Below, one piece after another: positions 47,648-56,888 of a stretch of DNA of 64,000 nucleotides (positions are counted from its first letter, which is position 1; every line of letters starts with the position of its first letter). The position numbers and the translations under genes were made by a program. Origin of the DNA: Phenylobacterium sp. (GTDB lineage: Bacteria > Pseudomonadota > Alphaproteobacteria > Caulobacterales > Caulobacteraceae); contig NZ_JACESE010000009.1 of NCBI RefSeq assembly GCF_013911965.1, positions 69,085 to 133,084 on the forward strand, read 5' to 3'. The notes below the pieces were generated by a model. It was not told the origin of the DNA and did no database searches. It was given only the letters and a program-made list of their open reading frames with translations.

Positions 47648-49022
47648 AGTGCGGCACGTACTGGCGCAGGACGTCTTCGATGATGCGTTCGAGCTGGTCG
47701 AGCGTGTTGCAGGTCTTGGCCAGGTGGCAGAAGGGCAGGTAGCGGGTCATGACGCTGTCGCCCTGGCTCCAGTAGCTCTCCGGCTCTGGATTGAGCCAGA
47801 TGACCGAGCGGGACCGCTCGTGAATGGTGCGCATGATGTCCAGGCGCGGGTCGGCGTAGTTGGAGCGCGCGTCGCCCAGGAAGATCACCGTGGTGTGGCG
47901 GTCCAGGCTGTCGAGATGGTTCGCGGCGAAGTCCTCCAGCGCCTTGCCGTAGTCGGTCTGCTGGAAGCCGATGCGCTTGAGCACCTCCAGGATCGCCTTG
48001 TCGACGCCGTGCTCGTCCAGGATCTGGTTGACCGGAATCATCCGTCCCGAGAAGGCGAAGGCGTCCAGGCGGTCGACCACCTCGTTCAGGCTGTAGAGGA
48101 AGGTCAGCAGGAACTGGGCCGCGGCGGCCACCGACTTGGAGACGTCGCAGATGGCGACGATCTTGGGCTTGTCGACGCGCTCGGTCTTCCAGACGACGTT
48201 GAACGGCACGCCGCCATAGGCCATCGACTGGCGCAGGGTGCGGCGGACGTCCAGGTGGCCCTTCCTGGCCCGGTTGCGGCGGCGGGAATAGCGGTCGGCC
48301 AGACGCTTGGCCATCTTGCGGACCACCGCCTGCATCATCTGCAGGTCGACCGGATCGATGCCGCCCTCGGCGTTCAGCGCCTTGCGGGCCAGGAGCTCTT
48401 CGCGCAGCTGGCGGCCGCTCTCGGCGGCGTAGAGATCGTGCTGGCGCTGGACATAGCGCTGGGCCTCGGCCGTCAGCGCCCGCTTGCCGGCCTCCAGCCG
48501 TTTGGCCAGGCCTTCGCCGCCGGGGTCTTCCAGCTTGCGCGCCTGGGCGATGATCTTCTCGATCTCGGTGATTCCCAGCTCGTCCAGCAGGCGCCGCGTC
48601 AGGCGGCTCTTCTGTGTGGACAGGCGGATTTCGGAGACCTGCGCCTCCTGGCCCGCCTTCTCGATGGCCTGGGCGAGGCCGTTGGCGTCGCCCTGCAGGA
48701 TCATCTGGGCGATCTGCGAGCCGGCGGCCTCCTCGGAGACGTCCTCCAGCTTGGCCTCAGGCTCGGAGTCCTGGCCCTGCTGCGGCGGCGGCTCGCCCAT
48801 GTCGAAGGCCGAGCGAGCGAAGAAGTTGTCGAAGGCGCGGTCGAACCGCGCCACCTCCTCTTCGCTCTTGGCGAGCGTCGCGCACAGCGCGTCCTTCAGC
48901 AGCTCGCGGTCGGCGTAGCCCACGCGCGCCACGGCTTCGTGGGCGTCGATGGCCTCGGCCGGGGAGACGCCGACATCCGCGGCCCGGAGCGCGCGGATGA
49001 AGTCTTCCATCTGATGTTGCAT
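47646..49022 (-). CDS. VWA domain protein (CoxE-like)
   Basis: GHLDVRRTLR, MIDAS motif DVSKS, TDYG and GDARSN. Confidence 0.9.
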   Translation of the reverse strand: MQHQMEDFIRALRAADVGVSPAEAIDAHEAVARVGYADRELLKDALCATLAKSEEEVARFDRAFDNFFARSAFDMGEPPPQQGQDSEPEAKLEDVSEEAAGSQIAQMILQGDANGLAQAIEKAGQEAQVSEIRLSTQKSRLTRRLLDELGITEIEKIIAQARKLEDPGGEGLAKRLEAGKRALTAEAQRYVQRQHDLYAAESGRQLREELLARKALNAEGGIDPVDLQMMQAVVRKMAKRLADRYSRRRNRARKGHLDVRRTLRQSMAYGGVPFNVVWKTERVDKPKIVAICDVSKSVAAAAQFLLTFLYSLNEVVDRLDAFAFSGRMIPVNQILDEHGVDKAILEVLKRIGFQQTDYGKALEDFAANHLDSLDRHTTVIFLGDARSNYADPRLDIMRTIHERSRSVIWLNPEPESYWSQGDSVMTRYLPFCHLAKTCNTLDQLERIIEDVLRQYVPH

Positions 49023-49040
49023 GGGCGTCGGCCCCTTACG

Positions 49041-50009
49041 TCAGGCGCTGGCCTCGGCGGTGCGCAGAAGCTCGCTCACCTGCGGCTCGACGGCCTGGAT
49101 GTCCTGCTCGAACTTCAGGATCACGTTCAGCGTGTCGCGCACCAGGGCCGGCTCCAGGCTGTCGGCGTGCATCAGGATCAGCGCCCGGGCCCAGTCCACC
49201 GTCTCGGAGATGGAGGGCGACTTGCGCAAATCCAGTTCGCGCAGGGCGTGGACGAAGCCGACCAGCTGGTGGTTCAGGCGCGCTTCGATGTCGGGCACAC
49301 GGCTGGCCACGATCTGGCGCTCCAGGCTCGCCTCCGGCAGCGGTATGTGCAGGTGCAGGCAGCGGCGTTTCAGGGCGTCGCCCAGGTCGCGGACATTGTT
49401 CGACGTCAGGAAGACGATGGGCGGCGTCTTGGCCTTGATCACGCCCAGCTCCGGCACCGAGGCCTGGTAGGCCGACAGCACTTCGAGCAGGAAGGCTTCG
49501 AAGGCCTCGTCCGACTTGTCGATCTCGTCGATCAGCAGGACGCAGCCGTCGTCCTCGCGCAGGGCCTTCATCAGCGGCCGGGGCTCGAGGAAGGGCTCGG
49601 AGAAGAACATGTCGCCCATGCCGTGCAGGCGCTCCATGGCCTCGTCCATGCCCTGGGCGTCGGCCAGTTCGGCGCCCATGCGGTCCTTGAGGATCTGGGT
49701 GTAGAGGAGCTGCTTGCCGTATTTCCACTCGTACAGCGCCTTGGACTCGTCGAGGCCCTCGTAGCACTGCATGCGGATCAGCGGCAGGTCGAGCAGCTTG
49801 GCGGTGGACAGCGCCAGCTCCGTCTTGCCGACGCCGGCGACGCCCTCGACCAGGATGGGCTTCTGCAGGTTCACGGCCATGTAGAGGGCCGTGGCGATGC
49901 GCCGGGAGGCGATATAGCCGACGCCGGCGAGGCCCTCGATCAGGGTCTGTACGGAGGCGAAGGCGTTCGCCGACGGCTCGCTGTTCGCCGCCTGAGCCAA
50001 AATCGTCAA
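49041..50009 (-). CDS. MoxR family AAA+ ATPase (CoxD-like)
   Basis: GVAGVGKT, CYEGLD, LIDEIDK, TSNN and ALKRRC motifs; TTG start uncertain. Confidence 0.92.
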   Translation of the reverse strand: MTILAQAANSEPSANAFASVQTLIEGLAGVGYIASRRIATALYMAVNLQKPILVEGVAGVGKTELALSTAKLLDLPLIRMQCYEGLDESKALYEWKYGKQLLYTQILKDRMGAELADAQGMDEAMERLHGMGDMFFSEPFLEPRPLMKALREDDGCVLLIDEIDKSDEAFEAFLLEVLSAYQASVPELGVIKAKTPPIVFLTSNNVRDLGDALKRRCLHLHIPLPEASLERQIVASRVPDIEARLNHQLVGFVHALRELDLRKSPSISETVDWARALILMHADSLEPALVRDTLNVILKFEQDIQAVEPQVSELLRTAEASA

Positions 50010-50122
50010 AGTCTCAAACTTTCAAAATGGGCGCGGCCGTCAAAGCGGCGCGCGGAAAGACGTTCAATTCCGCGATTGTGCCAACCGGCGCGCCCTCTGC
50101 GCAACCCCGCTCGCCAACCGGT

Positions 50123-51067
50123 TCAGGGCGCGTCGGTCAGGAAGTCGAGAATCGCCTTGCGGGATTCCGGCTCGTCCAGGGTTGGCGCATGGCCGGTCTC
50201 GGCCACCTCCAGCCGACGCATCTGCGGGGCGGCGGCCTGCATCCGGTCGGCCGTGGCGGATTTGAGCAGGTCCGAGGTCGCGCCGCGGATGAGCAGCAGC
50301 GGACGAGCCACCGAGAGCGCGGTGAAGAGCGGCCACAGATCGGCCGAGGGCTGCGACTGGCCGGGGGGCAGGGGGCTGAAGGCCTCGGCGATGGCCGGGT
50401 CGTAGTCGGGCATCAGCCGGCCGGGCGCCTCCTCCCGCCAGGTCCGGCGGGCGAAGGTGATCCATTCGGCGTCGCTCAGGCGGGGCAGGGCCTCGCCGTT
50501 GACGGCCCGGGCGCGCATGGCGGCCTCGGTCCAGGTCGCCGCCGGTTCCACCTTGCCCACATAGCCGGCGATCCGCGTCAGGCCTTCGGCGGCGATCTCG
50601 GCCCCGATGTCGTTCAGCACGGCGCCGGCGATCAGGTCCGGCCGCAGGGTCGACAGCGTCATGGTGATGATGCCGCCCATGGAGGTGCCGACGAAGATGG
50701 CGCGGGAGATGCCCGCCGCGCCCAGCAGGGCGGCCACGTCGCCGGCATAGACGGCCGGATTGTAGTTGCTGACGTTCGGGTCGCGCGCCGACTGGCCCCG
50801 GCCGCGCATGTCCAGCGCCAGGACCCGGCGGCCGGCGGCGGCGATCGCCGGCGCCAGACCCTCGAAATCCTTCGAATTGCGCGTCAGACCGTGCAGGCAG
50901 ACGACCGGCAGGCGGGCTTCCCCCTCGGCGCCGGCATAGTCGCGGGAAAACAGCGACAGCCCGTCGGGCGAGGTCCAGCGGCGTGCGACGCCCGCCGGCG
51001 CCGCCGGCGCCGCCGGCTGCGGCGCGGCCGCCGCGCCCCCGAACATGCGCTGGAAGATGTTCGCCAT
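50123..51067 (-). CDS. Alpha/beta hydrolase
   Basis: CLHGLTRN, DMRGRG, GTSMGG, NDIG and GHAP motifs; GGGGAG RBS before the ATG at 51067. Confidence 0.9.
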   Translation of the reverse strand: MANIFQRMFGGAAAAPQPAAPAAPAGVARRWTSPDGLSLFSRDYAGAEGEARLPVVCLHGLTRNSKDFEGLAPAIAAAGRRVLALDMRGRGQSARDPNVSNYNPAVYAGDVAALLGAAGISRAIFVGTSMGGIITMTLSTLRPDLIAGAVLNDIGAEIAAEGLTRIAGYVGKVEPAATWTEAAMRARAVNGEALPRLSDAEWITFARRTWREEAPGRLMPDYDPAIAEAFSPLPPGQSQPSADLWPLFTALSVARPLLLIRGATSDLLKSATADRMQAAAPQMRRLEVAETGHAPTLDEPESRKAILDFLTDAP

Positions 51068-51135
51068 GGCCGTCTCCCCGATCTGCCCCTCAGGGCGGCC
51101 ATCCTGACAGGTTTCCGGCCCCGGCGCGCGTGTCT

Positions 51136-52221
51136 TCAGCCCAGGCCGTAAGGCTTGTAGGGGCCGGCGATGAGCTGCTCGAAGATCCCCGTCCCCGTCT
51201 GCTCGGCGCCGTCCGGACGGGCCATGGTCACCTTCGACAGGGCCTGGATGTGGACGTTCTCGGGCGCGGCCATGTCGGCGGCGGCGAGATCGATGGCCTC
51301 GCGCTCGACGACCAACTCGCCCTTGTAGGCCCCGTGCCGCCAGGCCCCGGAATAGCCGATGCCGCGCATCAGGAAGGTGAGGATCGGCTCGAAGCGGATC
51401 CTCGCGACACCCTCGGGCAGGGGCAGTTCGAGCACGCCGCCCTTGGCGTGGCGGGTTCCGGGCGCAAGCTCGACCGCCGTCATTCGGGCGGCCTCGGTCA
51501 CATGGCCCTCGCCCTGGGCCGCGCCGTCGGGCAGCACGACGGCGCGCGTGTTCCAGGGCGTCCCCTGCGGGTCGGCGTTGACGTGGAAGAAGACGCTCTC
51601 GCGCTCGAAGTTCAGCGGCGTCCACTGCCAGAAGAAGCCCATGAGCGCGGGGTCGAGCGGGACTGGCGGCTGCGGGTCGGGCGCGCCGACGGGCCGCACG
51701 CCCCAGGAGCGGTCCCGCGTGCCGACGCTGCCGGCCGGCAGGTCGCGCCGGTCGCCGTCGACGGCGATCCAGCCTTCGCAGCGGACGTTCTGGGTCAGGC
51801 GCGTATAGTCCATGAAGGCCCGCGGCCCCATGCGCCGGATGAAGCGCGGCTCCTCGATGGGGAAGGCGCGACCGGTGAAGGTGATCTCGGCTTCGAGCCC
51901 CTCGCCGTTCACCTTCACCTTCAGCACCTGGAGCGGCTCGACCACCTCGATGGTGATGGGACCGACGGTCAGGTCCAGGCGCTCCGAATACAGGATCTTC
52001 GAGGCGTGCAGGCAGTGTTCGATCCCGTCGCGGATCACGGCGAAATGGGCGTCGGCCACGTTCAGGTGCGGATAGACGCCGAACGCCACGGCGAAATAGG
52101 TCGCGCCGTCGGGGCTGTAGCCGTTGAAGAAGTAGCGGTCGTAGAAGTTCCGGTCCGTCCCCGCATAGGCCACCGGCTCCGGCGTCTGATGGATGGGAAA
52201 GTCGTCGGCCTTGGTCAGCAT
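51136..52221 (-). CDS. Conserved hypothetical protein, probable AttH/CrtC/tocopherol-cyclase-like beta fold
   Basis: DDFPIHQ, NFYDRYFF and GTRDRSWGVRP motifs; GGAGG RBS; fold assignment is inference. Confidence 0.7.
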   Translation of the reverse strand: MLTKADDFPIHQTPEPVAYAGTDRNFYDRYFFNGYSPDGATYFAVAFGVYPHLNVADAHFAVIRDGIEHCLHASKILYSERLDLTVGPITIEVVEPLQVLKVKVNGEGLEAEITFTGRAFPIEEPRFIRRMGPRAFMDYTRLTQNVRCEGWIAVDGDRRDLPAGSVGTRDRSWGVRPVGAPDPQPPVPLDPALMGFFWQWTPLNFERESVFFHVNADPQGTPWNTRAVVLPDGAAQGEGHVTEAARMTAVELAPGTRHAKGGVLELPLPEGVARIRFEPILTFLMRGIGYSGAWRHGAYKGELVVEREAIDLAAADMAAPENVHIQALSKVTMARPDGAEQTGTGIFEQLIAGPYKPYGLG

Positions 52222-52410
52222 GGGCGTCCTCCGGATGGCTCATTAGTTCTAGGGCGCTCGATTGTCGGTATTGCGACGCCGCGCTCGGCCGCAGTATCAA
52301 GTGAACCAAGATAACAAGACAAGGGAGGCGGCGTCCGCTGCCGTCGCGTAAGGAAATGGCTGCCGCAGGGTCAGCATTCCGTCGCGTCAAGCGGGCCCGG
52401 GAAGAGGACC

Positions 52411-53685
52411 ATGACTGAGGACGCTGCGCGCATCCCAGATGAGCATGCGCAAACTCTGGTCGATCCCAAGGCGTATGCCGACGGACGCATCCATGAAACC
52501 TATGCCTGGTTGAGGGCGAACAACCCGTTCGGCCGCGCCTATCCGGAGGGGTTCGAGCCCTTCTGGGTGGCCACCAAGCATGCCGACATCCTGGAGATCA
52601 GCCGGCAGAACGCCCTCTTCCTGAACGGCGACAAGTCGCCGACCATCGTCAATGCGGAGACCGACAAGCGCATCCGCGAAATGACCGGCGGAAGCCCGCA
52701 CCTGCTGCGGACCCTCATCCACATGGATGAGCCCGACCACATGAAGTACCGCACCCTGACCCAGGCCTGGTTCATGCCCCAGAACCTGCGGAAGATGGAG
52801 GAGCGCATCCGCGGCGTGGCCAGGGCGTCGGTCGAGCAGATGGCTGCGACCGGCGGCAAGTGCGACTTCGTCCGCGAGGTGGCGCTGCACTACCCCCTGC
52901 GGGTGATCATGGAGATCATGGGCGTGCCGCCGGAAGACGAGCCGCGCATGCTGATGCTGACCCAGGAGCTGTTCGGCGCCGCCGACCCCGAACTGGCGCG
53001 CAAGGAAGAGCCCGATCCCGCCGGCAAGCTGACGCCCGGCGTCATCACCGACTTCTTCGAGTACTTCCGCAAGCTGTCGGCCGACCGCCGCGCCCATCCG
53101 GGCGACGATCTGGCCAGCGTCATCGCCAACAGCCAGATCGACGGCCAGCCGATCTCGGAGTTCGAGGCGATGAGCTACTACATCATCGTCGCCACGGCGG
53201 GGCACGACACCACCTCCTCCTCGACGGGCGGCGCCATCTGGGGGCTGGCGGAGAACCCCGGCGAACTGGCCAAGCTGAAGGCCGATCCCTCGCTCATCCC
53301 CGGCCTGGTGGACGAGTCCATCCGCTGGACGACGCCGGTGAAGACCTTCATGCGCACGGCCGCCGAGGCCACCGAGATGGGCGGGCGCCGGCTCGATAAG
53401 GGCGACTGGCTGATGCTCTGCTACGCCTCGGGCAACCGCGACGAGGAGGTCTTCGACGACCCGCAGGCCTTCCGCGTCGACCGCAAGCCGAACAGGCACC
53501 TGGCCTTCGGCTACGGCGCCCACCTGTGCCTGGGCCAGCACCTGGCCAAGATGGAGATGCGGATCCTCTGGGAGGAGCTGATCCCGCGCCTTCAGTCCCT
53601 GGAGCTGGCCGGCGAGCCGGCCATGTCCCAGGCGGTGTTCGTCAACGGGCCCAAGACCCTGCCCATCCGGTTCTCGATGGCCTGA
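52411..53685 (+). CDS. Cytochrome P450 (CYP108-like)
   Basis: I-helix TAGHDTT, ExxR motif ESIRW and heme motif FGYGAHLCLG. Confidence 0.95.
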   Translation: MTEDAARIPDEHAQTLVDPKAYADGRIHETYAWLRANNPFGRAYPEGFEPFWVATKHADILEISRQNALFLNGDKSPTIVNAETDKRIREMTGGSPHLLRTLIHMDEPDHMKYRTLTQAWFMPQNLRKMEERIRGVARASVEQMAATGGKCDFVREVALHYPLRVIMEIMGVPPEDEPRMLMLTQELFGAADPELARKEEPDPAGKLTPGVITDFFEYFRKLSADRRAHPGDDLASVIANSQIDGQPISEFEAMSYYIIVATAGHDTTSSSTGGAIWGLAENPGELAKLKADPSLIPGLVDESIRWTTPVKTFMRTAAEATEMGGRRLDKGDWLMLCYASGNRDEEVFDDPQAFRVDRKPNRHLAFGYGAHLCLGQHLAKMEMRILWEELIPRLQSLELAGEPAMSQAVFVNGPKTLPIRFSMA

Positions 53686-54716
53686 TGGACGAGGCCGAGC
53701 TCACCCCGCGGCTGGCGGCCTATATCGCCGGCCGCATGCCGGAGGCGCGCGACGTCGCCGTCTCCGACATGAACCGCATCACCGGCGGCGCCTCGCGCCA
53801 GACCTGGCGCTTCACCTGCGCCTGGACCGACGGCGAGGGCCGGCGGCGTTCCCGCGGCTTCATCCTGCGGCGAGATCCGGCCGACAGCCTGATCGACACC
53901 GAACGCCGCGTGGAGTTCGAAGCCTATCGCGCCTTTCGCGGTTCGGCCGTGCCGGTGCCCGAGATGCTGTGGCTGGAAGAGGGCGACGAGGCCCTCGGGA
54001 GCCCCTTCTTCGTGGCCGAGGAGATCGCCGGCTTCCAGGCGGGTACGGGCGCCCTGTTCGCCCCGCCCTATCTCGACACCCTGCCAGAGCTGGGCCGGCG
54101 GAAGTGGACCATCCTGGGGGAGATCGCCAAGGCCGACCCGGCCAGGATCGGCCTGGCCGACGTCCTGCCGGCGGTGGCGCCGGACGCCTGCTGGTCGCGC
54201 GAACTCGACCACTGGGAGGGCGTGCTCGATTCCGACGAGACCGAGCCCCTGCCCATCATCCGCGCCGCCATCCGGTGGTTGCGCGCCAACCCGCCGCCGC
54301 CGGCCCAGAAGGTCGGCGTGGTGCATGGCGACTACCGCACCGGGAACTTCCTGTACGACGCGGCCGGCGGCATCCACGGCATCCTCGACTGGGAAATGTG
54401 CCACCTCGGCGATCCGCTGGAGGATCTGGGCTGGAGCTTCAATCCCGTCTGGTCCTTCGGCCAGGGCAAGCCGGGCGGCCTCCTGCCGCGCGAGGCGGCG
54501 ATCGCCGCCTGGGAAGCCGCGTCCGGCCTGCGGGCCGAGCCCCAGGCGCTGAAGTGGTGGGAGCTGTTCGCCTGCGTGAAGGGCCAGGCCATCTGGGTCT
54601 CCAGCGCCAGGGCGTGGATGGACGGCGCCAACCGCGATCCGATCCTGGTCTATCCCGCCTGGGCCCTGATCAACGCCCAGGACCGGGCGGCGCTGAAAGT
54701 GATGGGACGTCTATGA
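53685..54716 (+). CDS. APH-like phosphotransferase (LvaA/ACAD10-11 kinase-like)
   Basis: GGASRQTW, ILRRDP, VVHGDYRTGN and ILDWE...GDPLEDL motifs; TGATG overlap with the P450 stop. Confidence 0.9.
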   Translation: MDEAELTPRLAAYIAGRMPEARDVAVSDMNRITGGASRQTWRFTCAWTDGEGRRRSRGFILRRDPADSLIDTERRVEFEAYRAFRGSAVPVPEMLWLEEGDEALGSPFFVAEEIAGFQAGTGALFAPPYLDTLPELGRRKWTILGEIAKADPARIGLADVLPAVAPDACWSRELDHWEGVLDSDETEPLPIIRAAIRWLRANPPPPAQKVGVVHGDYRTGNFLYDAAGGIHGILDWEMCHLGDPLEDLGWSFNPVWSFGQGKPGGLLPREAAIAAWEAASGLRAEPQALKWWELFACVKGQAIWVSSARAWMDGANRDPILVYPAWALINAQDRAALKVMGRL

Positions 54717-55159
54717 AACCCTCTGCTCCCCAGGTGCTGGCCGACCTGGCCGGCCTCTCTATGCGCAACGCCGCGCCCGATGTGGCGCCGGCCGCGCGCG
54801 CGGGCCAGCTGGGCCTGGCGGCCCTGCTGCTCGGGCTCGCCGCCGAGATGTGGGACGGCGCGGCGGACATTCTCGTGCGCGAGAACGCCGCCCTGCGCGC
54901 CCTGCTGGCCGACGGGGCGGCCCTGTCGGAGGACGGCGCCCGCCGCCGCTGGCTTTCGGAACTCTCCGCAGGCGGCGACGGCGGCCTGCGGATCTCCGAC
55001 CTGGAGGCCGCCAACGCCGAGCTGAAGGTGGCGCTCATCGCGCTCCACGCCGAAGTGGAGCGGCGGAGCGACGAGGCTGCTCGCGACCTGGAGGCGCGGG
55101 TCTGGGATGAGCTCGCAAGGTCGACGGAACGCCGGAAGCTCTCGGGCTCGCCCTGCTAA
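54713..55159 (+). CDS. Small helical protein coupled to the phosphotransferase (LvaB/DUF6285-like position)
   Basis: ATGA overlap with the kinase stop; Ala/Leu/Arg/Glu-rich helical sequence. Confidence 0.75.
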   Translation: MKPSAPQVLADLAGLSMRNAAPDVAPAARAGQLGLAALLLGLAAEMWDGAADILVRENAALRALLADGAALSEDGARRRWLSELSAGGDGGLRISDLEAANAELKVALIALHAEVERRSDEAARDLEARVWDELARSTERRKLSGSPC

Positions 55160-55256
55160 GCCGGTCGACAAGCGGCCCGCTCTCGTCTTTTCTGGCGCCC
55201 GCCCGGCCGTCAGCGCCGGGATTTATCAGATTCATTCATTGAGGGATGGAGACGTA

Positions 55257-55664
55257 ATGCCGCCTCGCATGTTGCCGGAGCCGACTCCGGAGACCCAGCA
55301 TTTCTGGGACGGGACCCGCAACGGGGAGCTGCTGCTCCAGCGTTGCAAGGAGACCGGTGAAGCCTATTTCCCCCCGCGCCCCTTCTGCCCCAAGACGGGC
55401 TCGCGCAATGTCGAGGTGTTCAAGGCCAGCGGCCGCGGCACGCTCCACTCCTACGTCATTAACCACCGCCCGCGCCCCGACATGGGGACCGAGCCCTACG
55501 CCATCGCCGTGGTGAAGCTCGAGGAAGGGCCGAAGATGATGACCAATATCGTCAACTGCCCCCAGACGCCCGAGGCGCTCGTCCTCGACATGCCGGTGGA
55601 GGTCGTCTTCGAGAAGATGAGCGACACCATCACGCTGCCGTTCTTCCAACCGGCGAAGGCCTAA
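55257..55664 (+). CDS. DUF35 (Zn-ribbon/OB-fold) acyl-CoA-binding protein
   Basis: FWDG, YFPPRPFCP, GTLHSY, KLEEGPKMMTNIV and LPFFQP motifs. Confidence 0.9.
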   Translation: MPPRMLPEPTPETQHFWDGTRNGELLLQRCKETGEAYFPPRPFCPKTGSRNVEVFKASGRGTLHSYVINHRPRPDMGTEPYAIAVVKLEEGPKMMTNIVNCPQTPEALVLDMPVEVVFEKMSDTITLPFFQPAKA

Positions 55665-55675
55665 GGGGCGACACC

Positions 55676-56818
55676 ATGAAGCAGAAGACTGTCGCGGTCG
55701 TCGGGGCCGCTGAAACCACCAAGATGGGCAAGATCCCGGACGTGTCCGTGATCGGCCTGCACGCCGACGCGGCGCTGAACGCCATGGCCGACGCCGGGCT
55801 GAAGCCCACGGACATCGACGGCGTGGCCTGCGCCGGCATCTCGCCGGTGGAGCTCGCCCAGTATCTGGGGATCACGCCGACCTATGCCGACGGCACCAGC
55901 GTCGGCGGCTGCTCCTTTATGCTGCACGTCCGCCATGCCGCGGCCGCCATCAACGAGGGCCTGTGCACCACGGTGCTGATCACCCACGGCGAATCCGGCC
56001 GGTCGCGGGTCGGCGTCGGCGGCTTCGGCCGCGCGGCCTCCAGCCTGATGGGCCAGTTCGAGATGCCCTACGGCGTCACCTCGCCGCCGACCATGTTCAC
56101 CATTCCCGTGCTTCGCTACATGAAGACCTACGGCGTGACCGAGCAGGACCTGGCCAATGTGGCGGTGATCCAGCGGGAGTGGGCGGCGAAGAACCCGCGC
56201 GCCTCCTATCGCGACCCGATCACGGTCGACGACGTGCTGAACTCGGACATGATCGCCTGGCCGTTCCGCAAGCTGATGTGCTGCCTGGTCACCGACGGCG
56301 GCGGCGCGCTGATCCTGACCAGCGCCGAGCGGGCCAAGGACTTCCCGCAGAAGCCTGTCTATGTGCTCGGCACGGGCGAGAGCGTCGAGACGCCGATGGT
56401 CAGCCAGATGGAGGACTTCACCACCTCCAAGGCCTTCCGCGTCTCGGGGAAGAAGGCCTTCGACGAGGCGGGCGTCAAGCACGCCGACGTGGACCACCTG
56501 ATGATCTACGACGCCTTCGCCCACCTGCCGCTCTATGGCCTCGAGGACCTGGGCTTCTGCAAGCCGGGCGAGGCCAAGGACTTCATCAACGAGCGCAACA
56601 CCGCCATCGGCGGCAAGCTGCCGCTGAACACGAATGGCGGGGGCCTGTCCTACATGCACTCGGGCATGTACGGCATGTACGCCCTGCAGGAGAGCGTGCG
56701 TCAGATGCGCGGCATAGCGCCGGCCCAGGTGGACGGCGCCAGGATCAGCGTCTGCCATGGGGTCGGCGGCATGTTCGCCGCCTCCGGCACCATCATCTTC
56801 TCGAACGAAGCGCCTTAG
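55676..56818 (+). CDS. SCP2/Ltp2-type thiolase-superfamily protein
   Basis: GGCSF, VTDGGGA, IYDAF, NTNGGGLSYMH and CHGVGG motifs. Confidence 0.9.
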   Translation: MKQKTVAVVGAAETTKMGKIPDVSVIGLHADAALNAMADAGLKPTDIDGVACAGISPVELAQYLGITPTYADGTSVGGCSFMLHVRHAAAAINEGLCTTVLITHGESGRSRVGVGGFGRAASSLMGQFEMPYGVTSPPTMFTIPVLRYMKTYGVTEQDLANVAVIQREWAAKNPRASYRDPITVDDVLNSDMIAWPFRKLMCCLVTDGGGALILTSAERAKDFPQKPVYVLGTGESVETPMVSQMEDFTTSKAFRVSGKKAFDEAGVKHADVDHLMIYDAFAHLPLYGLEDLGFCKPGEAKDFINERNTAIGGKLPLNTNGGGLSYMHSGMYGMYALQESVRQMRGIAPAQVDGARISVCHGVGGMFAASGTIIFSNEAP

Positions 56819-56837
56819 ACTTCAAAGTCTTACCGCA

Positions 56838-56870
56838 CTCCATGCTGCGCCTTTGCTGCGCAGCATGGAG
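56838..56870. terminator. Hairpin between the convergent thiolase and chemotaxis operons
   Basis: Perfect 13-bp stem CTCCATGCTGCGC/GCGCAGCATGGAG. Confidence 0.6.
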
Positions 56871-56888
56871 CCTGCGGCGGCCCGCGGC

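Noticed and set aside
52356-52418. 20-codon upstream ORF overlapping the P450 start
   Set aside because: The SD-like AAGGA abuts the ATG with too short a spacer, and the peptide has no regulatory-leader features; likely chance.
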